Assembly (NCBI GenBank): GCA_030704615.1
Contig: CM060732.1
Span: 78,554,001 to 78,618,000 of the forward strand
Length of the DNA stretch: 64,000 nt
DNA from: Takakia lepidozioides
Lineage: Eukaryota > Plantae > Bryophyta
Direction of reading: 5' to 3'
Positions within the stretch are counted from its first letter, which is position 1. Each line of letters starts with the position of its first letter. This document shows, one piece after another, positions 21,333 through 34,248 of this stretch. Below the pieces are notes generated by a model. That model was given only the letters and a program-made list of their open reading frames with translations. It did not search any database and was not told where the DNA came from. Both the position numbers and the translations under genes were made by a program.

Positions 21333-22332
21333 TGTCTTGCAAGGGAACAGCCTGCCTCCTCCAGCATTGCAATCTCCTGACTTGTGAGATGTGTTCCCAC
21401 CTTGACGGGCCAAACGGTTGGAAGAACTGGCTTCTAGCTGGCTTCATCACCACGGAAGGTCGCACAGTTCTATGCACACATCTACCACAATCGTCTGCGT
21501 AGAACCAAAACTTGTGGTTCTTGGCTTCTGGTTGGCCGTATGAACGCATCAAACCCGTGAAAGTCGGAGCAGGATCCAGGCACCGCCTCTGGATATAGAT
21601 GAAGTGCATTTTTTGAAATTAGTTGTTCTGATTGCTGTACATTTCACACGAGACCATGCACTTGTGCGTTCTATGTGTCAAACGCGGTCGTGGCATGCAG
21701 ACTCGAGCACATCAGGGAGGAAGTTTCTCTCTTGCACCATTTCAGTGGTAGTGTTTGATGCTGGAGTCTGCCGTCGTGACGGAGGTCCTTCCAGAATGGA
21801 GGTTCCGGACATGGATATGTCATGCAAGGGAACACGAGGCTTCGAGAAGTTATCACGGTCTGCCTTGTGCGAATCGGAATCCGAACAAGGTGGGGTGTTC
21901 AATTTCCTCTTATAGGAGCCGAATCTCTCTTCCCATTCCAGATGTGGAACTCTAGACACAAGTGGTGTTCCCTGGGCATACATGCTCACCGCCCGTGCTA
22001 TCTTGCTTGGATCCCCAGATCTGCTTGCAGCACGCAACATCAACTCCAGTTTGTCCGGACCCTTGCCACCAACCCCACCTCGCAAGAAATCACGGTATAT
22101 GGTTTGTTGTTGCAAGGCACGTATCAGATCATCTGTTGTTGCCACGTACAAATTCCGACCTCGTTTCACAGACTGTTGCAACCATGCATTGTGCACAGTC
22201 TCTGCCAAATTGCAAGATGACATGTTCGCCTTTTCCTCAATGGACATGTTCTGCAAAGTGGAAAACCACATTTCAGAACAACGGACATGGAACAACATAA
22301 CAAAAGCAAGCAGAGCAAAATTTGGAAAGTGA
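21333..22332 (-). pseudogene. Upstream part of the degenerate SWIM/MULE-like transposase
   Basis: SSCNLAETVHNAWLQQS resembles the MULE N-x-A-E-S/T-x-H/N catalytic Glu region; the frame continues into 8617-9090 across the TSD. Confidence 0.65.
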
Positions 22333-23003
22333 TGCAGAACAAGGTATGGCTCATACGAATTTTTGGTGATACCTTTTGGGCTCACCAACACACCAGCAAT
22401 TTTTAGCACCTTGATGAACTGCCTCTTTCAAGAGTGGTTGGATGACTTTGTGATCGTGTACATCGACGACATCTTGGTGTACTCGAAAACAAAGGAAGAG
22501 CACTTGGAGCACCTCAAAAAGGTGTTCTTAAAATTGCGGGAAGGGAAGCTGTATGCCAAAGCTTCAAAGTGCGAATTCGGGGTCACAAAAGTAGAGTTCT
22601 TAGGGCATGTGATTACATAGGATGGGATCAAAATGGATGACAGAAAGGTGAGGGCGATCTTGGACTGGGAACCTCCGACTTCGGTCCCGAGAGTGCGATC
22701 CTTCCTAGGACTCGCCTCCTATTATCAAAAGTATATGAGAAATTTCGCCAAGATCGCGGGGCCGCTGTTAGACCTTCTGTGTAAGTCCAAGGTATGGGTA
22801 TGGAACACCTTTTGTGGCCAAGCTTTTGCCGAGTTGAAGGAGCGGATGGCAGAAGCTCAAGTCTTGAAAATCCTGGAGTTCGACCGTCCATTTGAGATTC
22901 TACAGATGCGTCGGACTTCGCAATTGGGGGTGTATTCATGCAGGATGAACGTCTAGTGGCTTACGAAAGTAAGAAACTGAATGAAGTGGAGCGACGGTGC
23001 CCC
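22333..23003 (+). mobile_element. Ty3/gypsy RT-RNase H fragment (second family)
   Basis: [23 protein letters not shown]...[10 protein letters not shown]...KCEF...RSFLGLASYY...DASDFAIGGV..VAYESKKL, with a stop and a frameshift; no LTRs seen. Confidence 0.93.
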
Positions 23004-23280
23004 TCCGACCTGCAGCGGACTTTCTATGGCTCTAGTCGGAAACACGCACTTCAAACTCAAGGAGCCTCTCAAGCAACGCTTCCCGCAGCATCCATCACCA
23101 CCCAGAATGAGAATTTCTCAACCTTCAAGTTCAATATTGCACTCCATTGAAATAAAAAGATGTCCAACATGGATCTCTAGTTATTTTAAGATTTCATTGA
23201 TGTACGGTCTGTCATAGATATTTGTGGAATATTCAAATTTGATAGATCAAGACTTATAATGAGTAACTTAGACTGGTCAA

Positions 23281-23520
23281 CAGTCAATAGCTCAGTTGGT
23301 TAGTGCATTGAGTGCCACCCACATGATTCTGGGGCCAAATCCTCCTACTAGACGGGTGTGGTATACTCTTCTCCCCCTTCCCTTGGACGGTGTCCCATTT
23401 CTGGTGTCCCATTTCTACGCCTACATGGCGAGGTTACCGTGAAAGAGGTATTTTCTCCTCTCCCTATAAAGGGGGCTGATTTGCGAGTTGTTGCTCCCAT
23501 GTGTTTCACTTTTTACAATT
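23281..23520 (+). mobile_element. tRNA-derived SINE-like element, copy 1
   Basis: A box TAGCTCAGTTGG (23288) and decayed B box GGGCCAAATCC. Body blocks GGGTGTGG, TTCTCCCCC, TATTTTCTCCTCTC and AAGGGG..CTGATTTG are shared with 32064-32255. Confidence 0.75.
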
Positions 23521-23999
23521 ACAAAATGTTTAAGAAAAAACTTAGGCTCTTTAGTTCTTTCACTTTCTTCAACCACATTCTCACACCAAAATTACAAATG
23601 GGATTGTCTGTTTTCAAGAAATGGATGACTCGATGATTTCCAAATTTGTTCATTCTAGTGGGATCTTCCATCCAGTGCAAAAAAAAATGCATTTTGGGTA
23701 AAAATTGGGCTGGTGACACTTGATCAAACCGGAGTAGATCAGTCAAGGGTCATCTTACATGCATGGTACTATATTGCAATAACGTTTATCATGTGTCCTC
23801 AAATATATCCTTAAAATAAAGTTTATGGTAAGAAGAAATCTTCAAGTAATAAGTGTTCTGGGCATGTGTCGATTGTCAAGTGGTCAAGCTAAATGCCAAC
23901 CATTTGGAAACTTCATCATGGGGGTGAATTTAGGAGCCAGTGGGCTCATTTATAGTTGTAGGTGTAGTAAATTGGCGAGGGTTCATGGAGCCGAGTTTC

Positions 24000-24830
24000 T
24001 GTAGGCAAAAATTCTGAGTAATGTTATCCACACAACTCATATACATCTTTTGTGTCACAGTTAGATTAGGACACCCTCTTGTGTATATTGGGTTGTAATT
24101 TTATCAATACTAAACACGCCTCTTTTAACCATTGCTATCATCTACAATTCTTTTTGTTTTTGTCTCATACTCCCATTGCCAAATGCTAAAGATGGAGGAC
24201 TCTGAGAACTCACAGGTTATGGGCCCACGCTTTGGGTATGTAGAGAAGTTCAATGAAGATCAATACTTAATTTTGTGGAGCTGTGGGGTCTTATCGATGG
24301 GAGAGAAATGAAACCAACAAAGGAATTGCTCTTTCCGCATAGGAGAAGAAACACGAGAAGGAAAATGGGATTTTACTACTGGCTGAGAGAAAGAGAGTCG
24401 TGCACTGAACTTTATTGTTCAAAGCCTATCTGATGGTCAACTTTTTGATATGCGATAGGCCAAGACTACAGTTGCAAAATGAACCTATGAAGCTCTGATC
24501 CAAACTCGACATATAGACAAAAGCCTTATAAGCAACTAACTGTTCATGACGTGGAAGTTCTTCACTTCACAAATGAGCTTTGGAGATACCATGGAGTACA
24601 TGCATTTGAACTGTAAGTTGGGTTCCATGGTAGACGAGCTGGATGCCATTGGTGCTCGGATGCAATGAAGGTAATGGTACTCATGATGAATCTACCTCAG
24701 AGTTATGGATTTTTGGTCACATCTTCAAAGTATTCTATAGAAGCTGTCGATCCAAAGAAATGAACTTGGGAGGTGGTAGCTACAAGGTTGATCAATGAGG
24801 AACTGATCAGGAAAGAGAAGAACGGTCTTC
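24000..24830 (+). mobile_element. Highly decayed Ty1/copia 5' remnant (LTR end, PBS, gag); left boundary approximate
   Basis: ...CACA then GGTTATGGGCCCA (24215-24227), a copia-type PBS. Frameshifted gag pieces ELWGLIDGRE, RALNFIVQSLSDGQL, KFFTSQM, MVDELDAIG, MNLPQSY, TWEVVATRLINEELIRKEK. Confidence 0.75.
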
Positions 24831-24879
24831 TGAATCTGAGTCCACTGAATCAGCTATGGTGTCCAATGGTTCAGTAAGG

Positions 24880-27800
24880 ATGCCATCTGCTCCTTACCCA
24901 TGCATTCCCACATCCCCCATCCCGCCGCCTCACATAATCCCCAGATTGGGCCCCTCTATTTTGGAGTAGCCTTCAACTCCTCCCCCAGCTGAAGAATGGT
25001 CAGAGGAGACACTGCCAAGTATGGCGGACCTGGAAGCGGAAGTCCCTATGATAGGGATGAATATACCAGAGTTGCAGAAAAGAGTTGCCATGATGGAAGA
25101 TTTTGGCATTCTTATCCACTTTCCCGGGAGGAAAGTAAACAGACCGACTGTCAGGGACTGGGCGATCAGACATCTCGGGGGGCCAGGGGAGCTCAGGCAG
25201 CAGTTCTGCCATGCTAAAGGCAGAGGGTTTTACACAATTATGTTTGTAACTCGCGAAGCTGCTGAACAAGCCTTACTGTTCAATCCTCGTACAGTAGGGT
25301 TTAATGTCAACATTTTTCCATGGAACTCTAACCTGGGTCACAAAAATGGAAAATTATGGGGCCCCAGGATTATCTCTGTCCCACACATCCCTGATCAATA
25401 CTTGGTTAATTTACCGGACATAGCTAATCATTTTGGTCACTACCTTAGATGTATGGCGGTCTTTGACCCTCAGATGTGCACTCAGAAGCTGCGACAGGAC
25501 CCAGCTTGGAGAACAGGAACCATTGCCACCAAAATTCATGAAACATGATGTGTTAAAATTGTCTTGGCAATGCCCAATGAAGACTCTCTTCCTCAGTTTG
25601 TCAAGCTACCAATAGATGATGATGGTAACTTTTTCACTATTAGATTGCTGCCTGTTTCAACTACGGTCAGACTGGTCATCTAAAAGCAGAATGCCCCAAT
25701 GGTAAACGGAAGAGATCCCCAGGTCATCCACTGGGAGCTCCTCTCCAGCACACTATGATTGATTCGGTCTCCACTGATTTGCATCCAAATCAGATGTTAT
25801 CTCCAACTCCATGCGCTTCAAATGGTCGGGCTCTCCCTGCACATCTGGACAAATTACAATTCAAAGAGCCACGGATGAACAACTGCAACATCCAAAGCTC
25901 CCTGGATCCGGTGAGAATGGAGGCGGGTAATCACAACCAACCCAACATCAAAAGAAAAACAAAGGTATCTGGCAGATCTTTATCTTCACCCCAGAGGCAA
26001 CAAATCCTTCCTCGCAAAGGCACCCAGCCAGACCCCAAGATTAACACTGGCAACAACTCTGTATTTGCGAAGATTAATCTCAGAACCAATTCTTTCTCGT
26101 CGCTGAATTTGAAAGGGTGTTCAGCTCTCGAGGTCTTTGAGGAGCCAAGAGCTACATGTGTTATTTCCCTTATTTCAGGAAAGACCGTCTCCCCTCCATT
26201 TTAATCACGTCTGATGACATGGAGTTGGTGGAATCGCTGTGGGTGACCACTTCTGATTGTTAGACACTTCATTCGAACTTCCCCCCCAAACAGCAATCCC
26301 GAGTCCATGTTCAAGCTAAAAATCCAGGACTTCTTCAATACATTTCTGCCTCACTACCTCCCTTATCAAGATTTTATGGGGGGCTTATCTTGAGGATCAC
26401 CCTAGTCTCAGCTGCAAGCCCTCTACCCACGTTCTGGCTCTAATGGAGGAAGCCAAAATTTATGCATTGCCTCCACCATTGGGAGCCATGTGGACCTATG
26501 AATCATATCTTTCCGCTCCAAGAGGTGGGCATAGGCTTCAAATCAGAAATCAGGACACTCTGGTTAATGCCTTCCAGCTTCTGGGGGCTCTGTTGGAGTC
26601 TGAAATTTTGGAAGACAATGGAAGAATGGAAGTCCAAGGTCTCGGGACTTCATCAATGCAATTCAAGCTCCGAATTCTCCCCCCACCTCCTCGGAAGGAA
26701 GTCTGGCGCCCTCGGTGGTGGCTGCGGTGAATCCGAGCGGAGATCTGGCTAAGACGGTCAACAACCTGCACATTTCTCCCCCAGAAACTGTCAAGGACAC
26801 CTCAACACATGAACTAGTTCCTACCGTGCCCCAGGATTTACCTTCTTCTCCTCAACTCTCTCCTCTCCAGGTTCACTCTACCCCCTTCCCCTGTGTTATT
26901 TTTCGGGTGCTTTATCGGGATCGTTTCGAATGTTGGTTGTTATGTAGTAAACCTCTCAGGCCATCGAAGAAACATTTTAGACAACAACTTCCAGCTTTGC
27001 ACCTTCCCTTGGATACCCCCTCCGGCCCCTATTCTACATCTCTCCATTCACATAACCCGAACCCGCTTCTCCCATCTCTGCTGTCTGCAGATTTCTTCCC
27101 TTCTTCAGTTACAATCACCTCTCTCGATTTTGCTCCTATCTCTTCTAAACAATTCCATCCTACAGACTCTTTGCACACGCACCAAGAACTCAGGGGCATT
27201 TTTATTCTTCTCGAGCGAAAAAGCCCAAAAGCCCCATTGGGATACAGATGGGTTAAATTCCCTCTGTCCTCGTGATCGGAGGGTCAAATTCCTTTTCAAT
27301 CTTTCAAGGCCATCAATAGAGGCATTGCCTTACAGCCTTCAGCCTTCTTCTGATGTTACTTAAAATCCACTTCTGGAACATAAGGGGTCTGGGCTCCGAC
27401 CCAGCATCCCTTAAAACCTGGCTTAGCTCCTCTCTCCATCCCAAACTCCAATGGACCTATTGGCCTCATCAACATATATGCCCCTATTCAGCCTCGGAGA
27501 TAGATGACTTTTGGTCAACCCTCAATTCCAAAATGCAGGCAGAATCGTCTGTTTTCAGTTGGATTATAGCTAGAGACTTCAATATGGTTGAGTCTCAGCA
27601 AGATAGAAGGGGCACAAGCACATTCAGTCCCAACATGGAAGAGATGGATCTTTGGCATTCCTGCTCCCAGAATCATAATTTCACTTAGGTTGTCCCTCTC
27701 TCGCACCATTCGCCTGACCTTTCCTTTACTTGGACAAATAATAGGACTTTACAACATCTCCAGATGGCCAGATTGGACAGGGCTCACGTGTCCTTTGATC

Positions 27801-29147
27801 TTGTACAACTTGCCAAAAGACACCTTCAGGAGCCCATCCCCTTAGGATTTGACCACGCCCCCATCTCCCTCTCGGTAGCTTTTCCTTTGGCCCAGCGCAG
27901 GGGAAGAGGCATGTATAAGTTAAACAGCCTTTTGATGAAAATCCCAAAATACAAACAAGGACTGCTTCAAGCTTGGCTCCAGGCTGGTTTGCCAAATCAG
28001 AACCCAACGGAAAGCTTTCTCGCAAAGCTGCGGGCAGTCAACATTGTCAGCCAAAGAATGAGCTAGGAATTGGCTATCATCAGAAAGAGAAAAGTGAAAG
28101 CTCTCCAGAAATGTTTAAGGGTCTATAGGATGGAATCGCCTAGATGTGACGAGCACACATTTCAGACTTACGTTGAAGCCAGGAACAGTCTGGATATCCA
28201 CCACAAGTTGTAAGAGAGGAAATGGAAACTTCAAGCTGGAGTAAATTGGTCCACTAAGGGGGAAAAAATGTCGAAGTACTTCTTCGACAAATCAAGACTG
28301 AGAAGGGCCTCTCAGCAGATTTCCGAGTTTGTAGACCAGCAATCAGGTCAGACAACCACGAACCCCAGAGAATTGGCTCACCTCTCCTCCACACATTTTA
28401 GGCAGCTCTTCAAGAGTGACCTACATGGCCTGTTACCTTCTCCCTTCTAGGAATCTTGCCTTATCCACACACCCACGTTACTCACCCCTCAAACAACCTC
28501 TGTTCTGGAGGGAGAATGATCTGAGATAGAATTGGGAGACGCTCTTTCCAAGCTACAGAACCATAAATCCCCAGGCATTGATGGCATAACGGTGGAATTC
28601 TACAAGGCTCCGTGGAAGGACATTGCCAAAGACTTCACCTACATGGCAAACCACTTCTTCCAATCGCAAACGATGCCTCCCTCTATGTCTCAAGGAGTTA
28701 TAACTCTACTCTTCAAAAAGGGAGACAGAACTAACATATCCAATTATAGGCCAAATACTTTGCTGAATGTAGCATACAAGATTATCGCCAAGGCCCTCGC
28801 TCTTAGATTGCAACCCCTCTTATTCGTCCAAACCAGACCGGGTTCATAAAGGGCAGATATATCTTAGACAATCTCCTTCTTGCCCAGGAAATCCCTCACT
28901 TTGCAAGCAAAACCAATCAGGCTATAGCCTTTCTTCTTCTTGACTTTGAGAAGGCGTTCGACAGGGTGGAATGATCTTACTTGCTGGGCGCTATGACCAA
29001 AATTGGTTTCCCTCACTCTTTCTGTGCTTGGGTCAAAATTCTGCTGACAACTTCCTCCAACAGAGTCATGCTGAATAGACACCTCTCGCCATCCTTTCCC
29101 TTGCAACGGTCAGTGAGGCAGGGCTGCCCTCTCGCTCCTTTTCTGTT
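24880..29147 (+). mobile_element. Degenerate L1-clade LINE: ORF1 plus ORF2 (APE endonuclease, RT), 3'-truncated inside RT
   Basis: ORF1 pieces 25021-25548 and decayed knuckle CFNYGQTGHLKAECP (~25654). ORF2 motifs WNIRGL, DFNMVE, RLDR, DHAPI, KSPGIDG, NYRP.TLLNVAYKI, QTGFIKGR, LDFEKAFDRV, VRQGCPLAPFL, then an abrupt end. Confidence 0.93.
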
Positions 29148-29562
29148 AGCTGAAAACTAGGAGAAAAAAGGCGGGATGACAGCACACAGAAGAACGGGGC
29201 GGAGCAAGGGTGGAGAGACTCCGAAAGTGGCGGCAAAGCCAGGATACGGCGGCTGCTGCAATAATTAGAGACGGCTAGCAGGGAAGAGAAAGGGTTCCAT
29301 CCTCCATAGAGGAGATGAAAGAGGAGGAAGAGGGATGGATGAAAAACACCATCACGGAAAATCTGAAAAAACTTGAAAGAACGAATCCAGAACGAAAAGC
29401 CAAAAAATTCCTATCAATGAGTAGCTGATAATGTTGATAATCTGATGAAGGGCATGGAAGAAGAAGTGGTAGCGTTTAGCAACGATGACGCAGAGCTGAA
29501 CAATCGAAGGAGACGAAGCGACCGTTGGAGCTTGGCTCCGCAAACCACATAGCGTCGCCATC

Positions 29563-29990
29563 TTTTTCTTTTGTTTGTTTTTGATGAACAGGGGACAGTG
29601 GCCCTGGATGAAATTTTATTAGAAATTATTGAATTGTTTTTATTTTACAATAAAATATTTAAAATAAGTAGAAAATGCTTGAAGCCTGTCGGTCGGACAG
29701 TTGATAAAAATTAAAAGAACGTGGGCACGCCAAAGGAATTGCCATGGAGGCTAACAGAAGGGATGCCACCTGGTAATAATAGTCAAAGGAGGTTGGTGGG
29801 GGAAGAGTCCATATGCCAAATTGAAAACACTCAAATTCAAGCGTATCACTTCTCGTGCTGCATCATGTAGTGTAGTATTATAAAGTGTGTCGTCAGGAGA
29901 GGGAGAATGAGTCAAAGAATATTCTAGTGACGACTCAAGGTCGCTTTTCCAGTGGCCACCCCATACAAGAAACCCAATCCACTTTGCCCT
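29563..29990 (-). mobile_element. LINE 3' end (UTR, hairpin, A-rich tail); 5' extent uncertain
   Basis: Minus strand reads AATAAAATTTCATCCAGGGCCACTGTCCCCTGTTCATCAAAAACAAACAAAAG, the same terminus as the other L1-like tails. Confidence 0.6.
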
Positions 29991-30740
29991 TCTCTCTCAC
30001 CAAAACAGCCATTTGCATTGGTTGCATTGGAGGTCGCATCGGAGTAGACACTCTGGTAGAGTAGATCTTACTGCAACTGAGAGTTTCGCAAAAACTTTGT
30101 GTTGAAGTGTAACCATGAGGTGGCCACTTAGGCCTTTAGGGGTTAAGCATGGTAGCAGATGTGGCCATGTAACAATGCTCAGTACATGGAAGTTTGTCCT
30201 CGAATTTCCCACGGCATCTCAATTAAATTCAGTATTAGTGTTGAAGTAATATTATGAGAATTTGTTTACTCCGGAGGAAGACAATGGAAAGAAAAGTATG
30301 TTTGGTTGTGTGGCTTCAACTTGAGCTGCAGAAATAGACCAATCCTGTGGAGCTGGACCATCACTGAGGGCTAGCTAGGCATACTTGTAAGGCTATCGAG
30401 AGACAATAAGTTCACATTTCCAATTAGCAGAAAAAATTCCTGGGCGTTTCTTGTACACAGAAAGCTCCCACCAGAAATACTGCAACACATCTCTGTACAA
30501 GACAATCAAGAATGGTGACTTACCTTATCATCATTACATGCCCAGGTGGCCGATGGACAAGTCACTGGAGTGAAGAAAATTCATAACACTCCAAGGACTC
30601 TCTTCATCCAACAAGGAATTTGATGATTGTGGACAACTTTCCCACTAAGCAGGACACTTCAGTATCATTCACCTCGGGAAATTCGGATTGCAGTACAATT
30701 GACCATTAGCTATACAAAACAGAGACCCCAGGCCTCCTGT

Positions 30741-31848
30741 CTACAAGTCAAAGGATGGCTTGCCAGTAAACTTGATCTCAGCTGGATTGACATTCTTTCC
30801 GATTGAGCGGTCGTTGATTCCCACCCCCTTCCTGCCAGCATTCACCTTCTCGGGGTATACACCGTCCTTAGGATGAAGATATTGCACCTCACCATTAGGG
30901 AATACACGGTAGAATTGATACTGGATCTTGAACTTGGTTCTCAATCTGGTTCCTAGAGCCAGGCATTGCTCTTTTCTGGCCAGTTTCAGCAGGTTTGGTC
31001 CTGATCTCATGATGGCAGCTCCTCCTGCACGACATTATAATTTCGAGCTCAAATAGTTGGATATGACGTTTGTTAGGGCAGGTAAGAAAAAAAATCTGCA
31101 ATTTCATCAGGCATTTAGAAAGAGAACTCTGAATGATGCGACGTAAGTTGAGAGCCGTCCGCAAGGAGATTTCGACGGATATACCATTTCACGGAGTATA
31201 ATTCCACTTCTATACTCGGGGAATATGGCATGCCTTAGTTCTGAGAGATCAGGCTAAAGCCGCCGGTCTATGCAGGATGACTTTCTGTTTGAAAGCTATG
31301 AATTGATCACCTGCACAGTAATAGTATCAAATACATGTCCTCTACATTACCCTATACCTGCTTGTGCCTGAACTTGGAACCTTCAGGAATGACATGGCCT
31401 GCTAGTAGTTCCTCAAAGACATGTCCTTATCAGTATTTGAAACGTGAGCTTTTTGGGAGGAAAAATGAGGTCTCGCCATAACACAATCTAGAAGGTAACA
31501 ACGAATGCAGAGAGAACACTCACCGGTAGGCAGCTCAAAGATCTGCTCCTTGGGGGACTCCCAAGTAATGACATAAAATTCCTCCACCTGCGCCTTCCGA
31601 AGCAAACCGCCCGTGCTGCCACCGAAGATGGGGGAGGGAGTGTCTGTCTTCAGCTCCGGGGGTGTGAATCCAGCGGGAGCCTCAGCCGTGGTCATTGAAA
31701 CGCGGGCTCCATTGCACACAGTCTGCATTTTCTGGCCCTGGAGAGCCGACATCCTCAACTGCCCATTCTTTTCCCTTATGCTGGATGATGCGACCGCCGG
31801 GGCCGCCACTGCTACAGCCGCTGCTGAAGTCGCTGCTAGAGCCGCCAT
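30741..31848 (-). CDS. psaD: Photosystem I reaction centre subunit II (PsaD), chloroplast precursor, 202 aa, 2 exons
   Basis: Exon 1 31524-31848, exon 2 30741-31024, phase-1 GT-AG intron. Ala/Ser-rich transit peptide, then [27 protein letters not shown]...[27 protein letters not shown]...[14 protein letters not shown]. Confidence 0.98.
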
Positions 31849-32063
31849 TGTGGCTTGACAGGATGCAAAGGTCGTGGATGTGAGAGAAGGGAGTGACAGT
31901 AGCTATGGCGGACGTGCCTGTGGGCGCCCGCGAAGAGAGAGAAGATGGTCGGATAAGGCAACGCCCGCGATATCGGTCTGCACCAATGACCTGCCTTGTT
32001 TTTTGTATGGATTGAACTGGGTCTAAATTTAGATTTAGTTATTTTCAAATTTAGATTTGATTT

Positions 32064-32255
32064 TTTGAAAGGGAAAGGAGCGACCGCTCACAAATCAGGC
32101 CCCTTAACAATTGTGAGAGGAGAAAATAACCACAAAGACGGAAGGGGCCAGGGGGGAGAAAATTATTCCACACCCGACGAGGTAGCAGGATTTGAACCCA
32201 AACTCACATGGTTGGCACTCAATGCTCTATCCAACTGAGCAGCTACCGACTGGTG
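32064..32255 (-). mobile_element. tRNA-derived SINE-like element, copy 2
   Basis: Minus strand GGTAGC(TG)CTCAGTTGGATAGAGCATTGAGTGCC...GGGTTCAAATCCTGCTACC with a good B box; body homologous to copy 1; no acceptor stem. Confidence 0.78.
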
Positions 32256-32291
32256 GTTCTTCTTTGTTTTCTCACAAACCGAAAATGAAAT

Positions 32292-33082
32292 AGATTCTTC
32301 TGGTTCCTAGGCAGACCTCTAGCTGAGCTTCCCCTCGATTTGGGTGAATGGTCGTGGACCTTTCCTAGTGGTCCCCACCCCTTCTTCACCTACTCAACAA
32401 AGAAGGGATACAAAGCCCTATTGAACGCCCAACAACCATTACAATCTAAGTGGGACATAAGGTGGCACCACCACGGATTTCTAAATGAGAAACGGACTAT
32501 CATGGGGATCTGTTTGGATCAAGACACGCCCAGCAAAGGTGGCGACCCTCCTCTGGCAGATTGCTAATAGGGTACTGAAAGTGGGGGAGTGGCTTCAATT
32601 CCAGTCCTCGCTCCTCTTTGCATGCTGCCCTTCGGGTATACTGGAAACCATAGAGCATGCGCTACTGGGATGCTTGGCCCCTCGTTGCCTCTTGTAAAGG
32701 AATTTTATAGCCACTGGAGCCCCGGGCCCCTCTCAGTTACTGACATCCTCCTCAATTATAACCCTCAATCCAAACAGAAATCCCTCCCATGCCCTGTATT
32801 CGAAGCCCTTAGAGGATAAGTCCTATGGCACCTATGGAAAGCCAGATGCTCCAAAACCTTCTCTGGAAACACTACCTCAATATCTGCATTCATGACACTC
32901 ATCTTCTATGATCTGGGTATTGAATCCCGTAAGGCCTGGGCTAAACTTTGTGCAGACATCCAACGCAATTCACGAGGAGCGGATGCCATCTATGAGGCAT
33001 TCAGGAACACCAGGGCGCGCGTCACGACCTCCATTAATCCCCCTGTTAACCAAAAAAAAAAAAAAAAAAAGAAAAAGAAAAG
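32292..33082 (+). mobile_element. 5'-truncated L1-like LINE (zf-RVT-type C-terminus) with poly(A)
   Basis: WSW...FTYSTKKGY...WGSVW...PAKVATLLWQIANRVLKVGEW...ACC...ETIEHALLGC...LWHLWKARC; A tract from 33052. Confidence 0.9.
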
Positions 33083-34248
33083 ATAAAACAAAAAACATTG
33101 GTCGTCTTTCTAAGAAGGCGGATTATGGATGTAGCAAGGCCGAGCTCTTCATGACGACTATGGCTTTATCTCGTTTAGGGCTTAAGCGGATTTAGGGTTT
33201 ATTACGCAGAAATCCTTTTCCGGAGCTCGTGTGTCGCATACTACACGAGGGTTTGGGATTCAGTAAGTGGCGATGTGCTGTTGAATGAACTCCATATTTG
33301 CGAATCGTGCCAGATCTGCTAGTGAGTCGCGCCTCAAAACTGCACTTCAGGTTTGTTTCTGTACCTTGTAGTGACTATTACATGAGTATGTACAAAAGGG
33401 GAGAGACGATGAACAGCGAAGCGATTTTCAAAGGAACGAAATGCAGGAAATGTAAACTAATGTCTCAGACCTCCCTCCGAGGTGTTCCATGAACCAGCGT
33501 CAGGAGACAGATTTAGGTCGAGGCAGCTTGATGATGCTTAAAAGAGGCTGTAGGATGCTGTGAAACAGCCGTGGGCAAAAAGACGGAAAACAGACTTGGA
33601 CACTCTCCTCTCGCTTTTTCTGTGTTTTTCACGTTTTAGACGTTGGATGACTCCAGTAGCAGCGCTGAAATCACAACTCTGGAATTTCGTGTCGAATCGA
33701 GCCCTCACTCAAAATTCGACCCCCCTGAGACTCGATTGTTGTCGGATGTGAGCACATGGATGGGAAATTTGCTTCTGAATTGCATAGCCTGGTGGATTCA
33801 GAGCTCAGAACCGGTTCCAGAATTGTTAGAATGCCCTGATCAAAACGAATTTTCATTGAGTAAATTCTTGTTAAGTGCTCTGCTGGCTTGAACATAAATT
33901 CGATGGTGGATGGTGTACGATTGGAAATACCTTGGGATCTCTATGCAATCACATGATTAATTCCTGAGGCAGTTTCTTCTGGAATCAGATACCAGGACAG
34001 AGCACAAGTAAGCAACAGTGAGAAGACTCTTAGCTTGGTTGTTTGTGGTGTCCGTGATGCATTGCAGGATGCCAGGTGACCTGGTGATGCAATGGGGTGA
34101 GTAAGTTGCCATGAGTCCTCATTCCTTTGAGATATTGCTTGAGTAGATGGTGGCTGGCTCAGCAAGAGAAGCCAAAGCAGGAGGACAGTTTAGATTACTA
34201 GCGTAGATCGATATAGAGGAGATTGTGAGTTTGGAAGGAGGAAGCACG

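Noticed and set aside
21678-22409. 243-aa ORF as a single gene
   Set aside because: Its first ~25 codons are the antisense of the neighbouring gypsy RT fragment; the rest belongs to the disrupted SWIM/MULE-like element.
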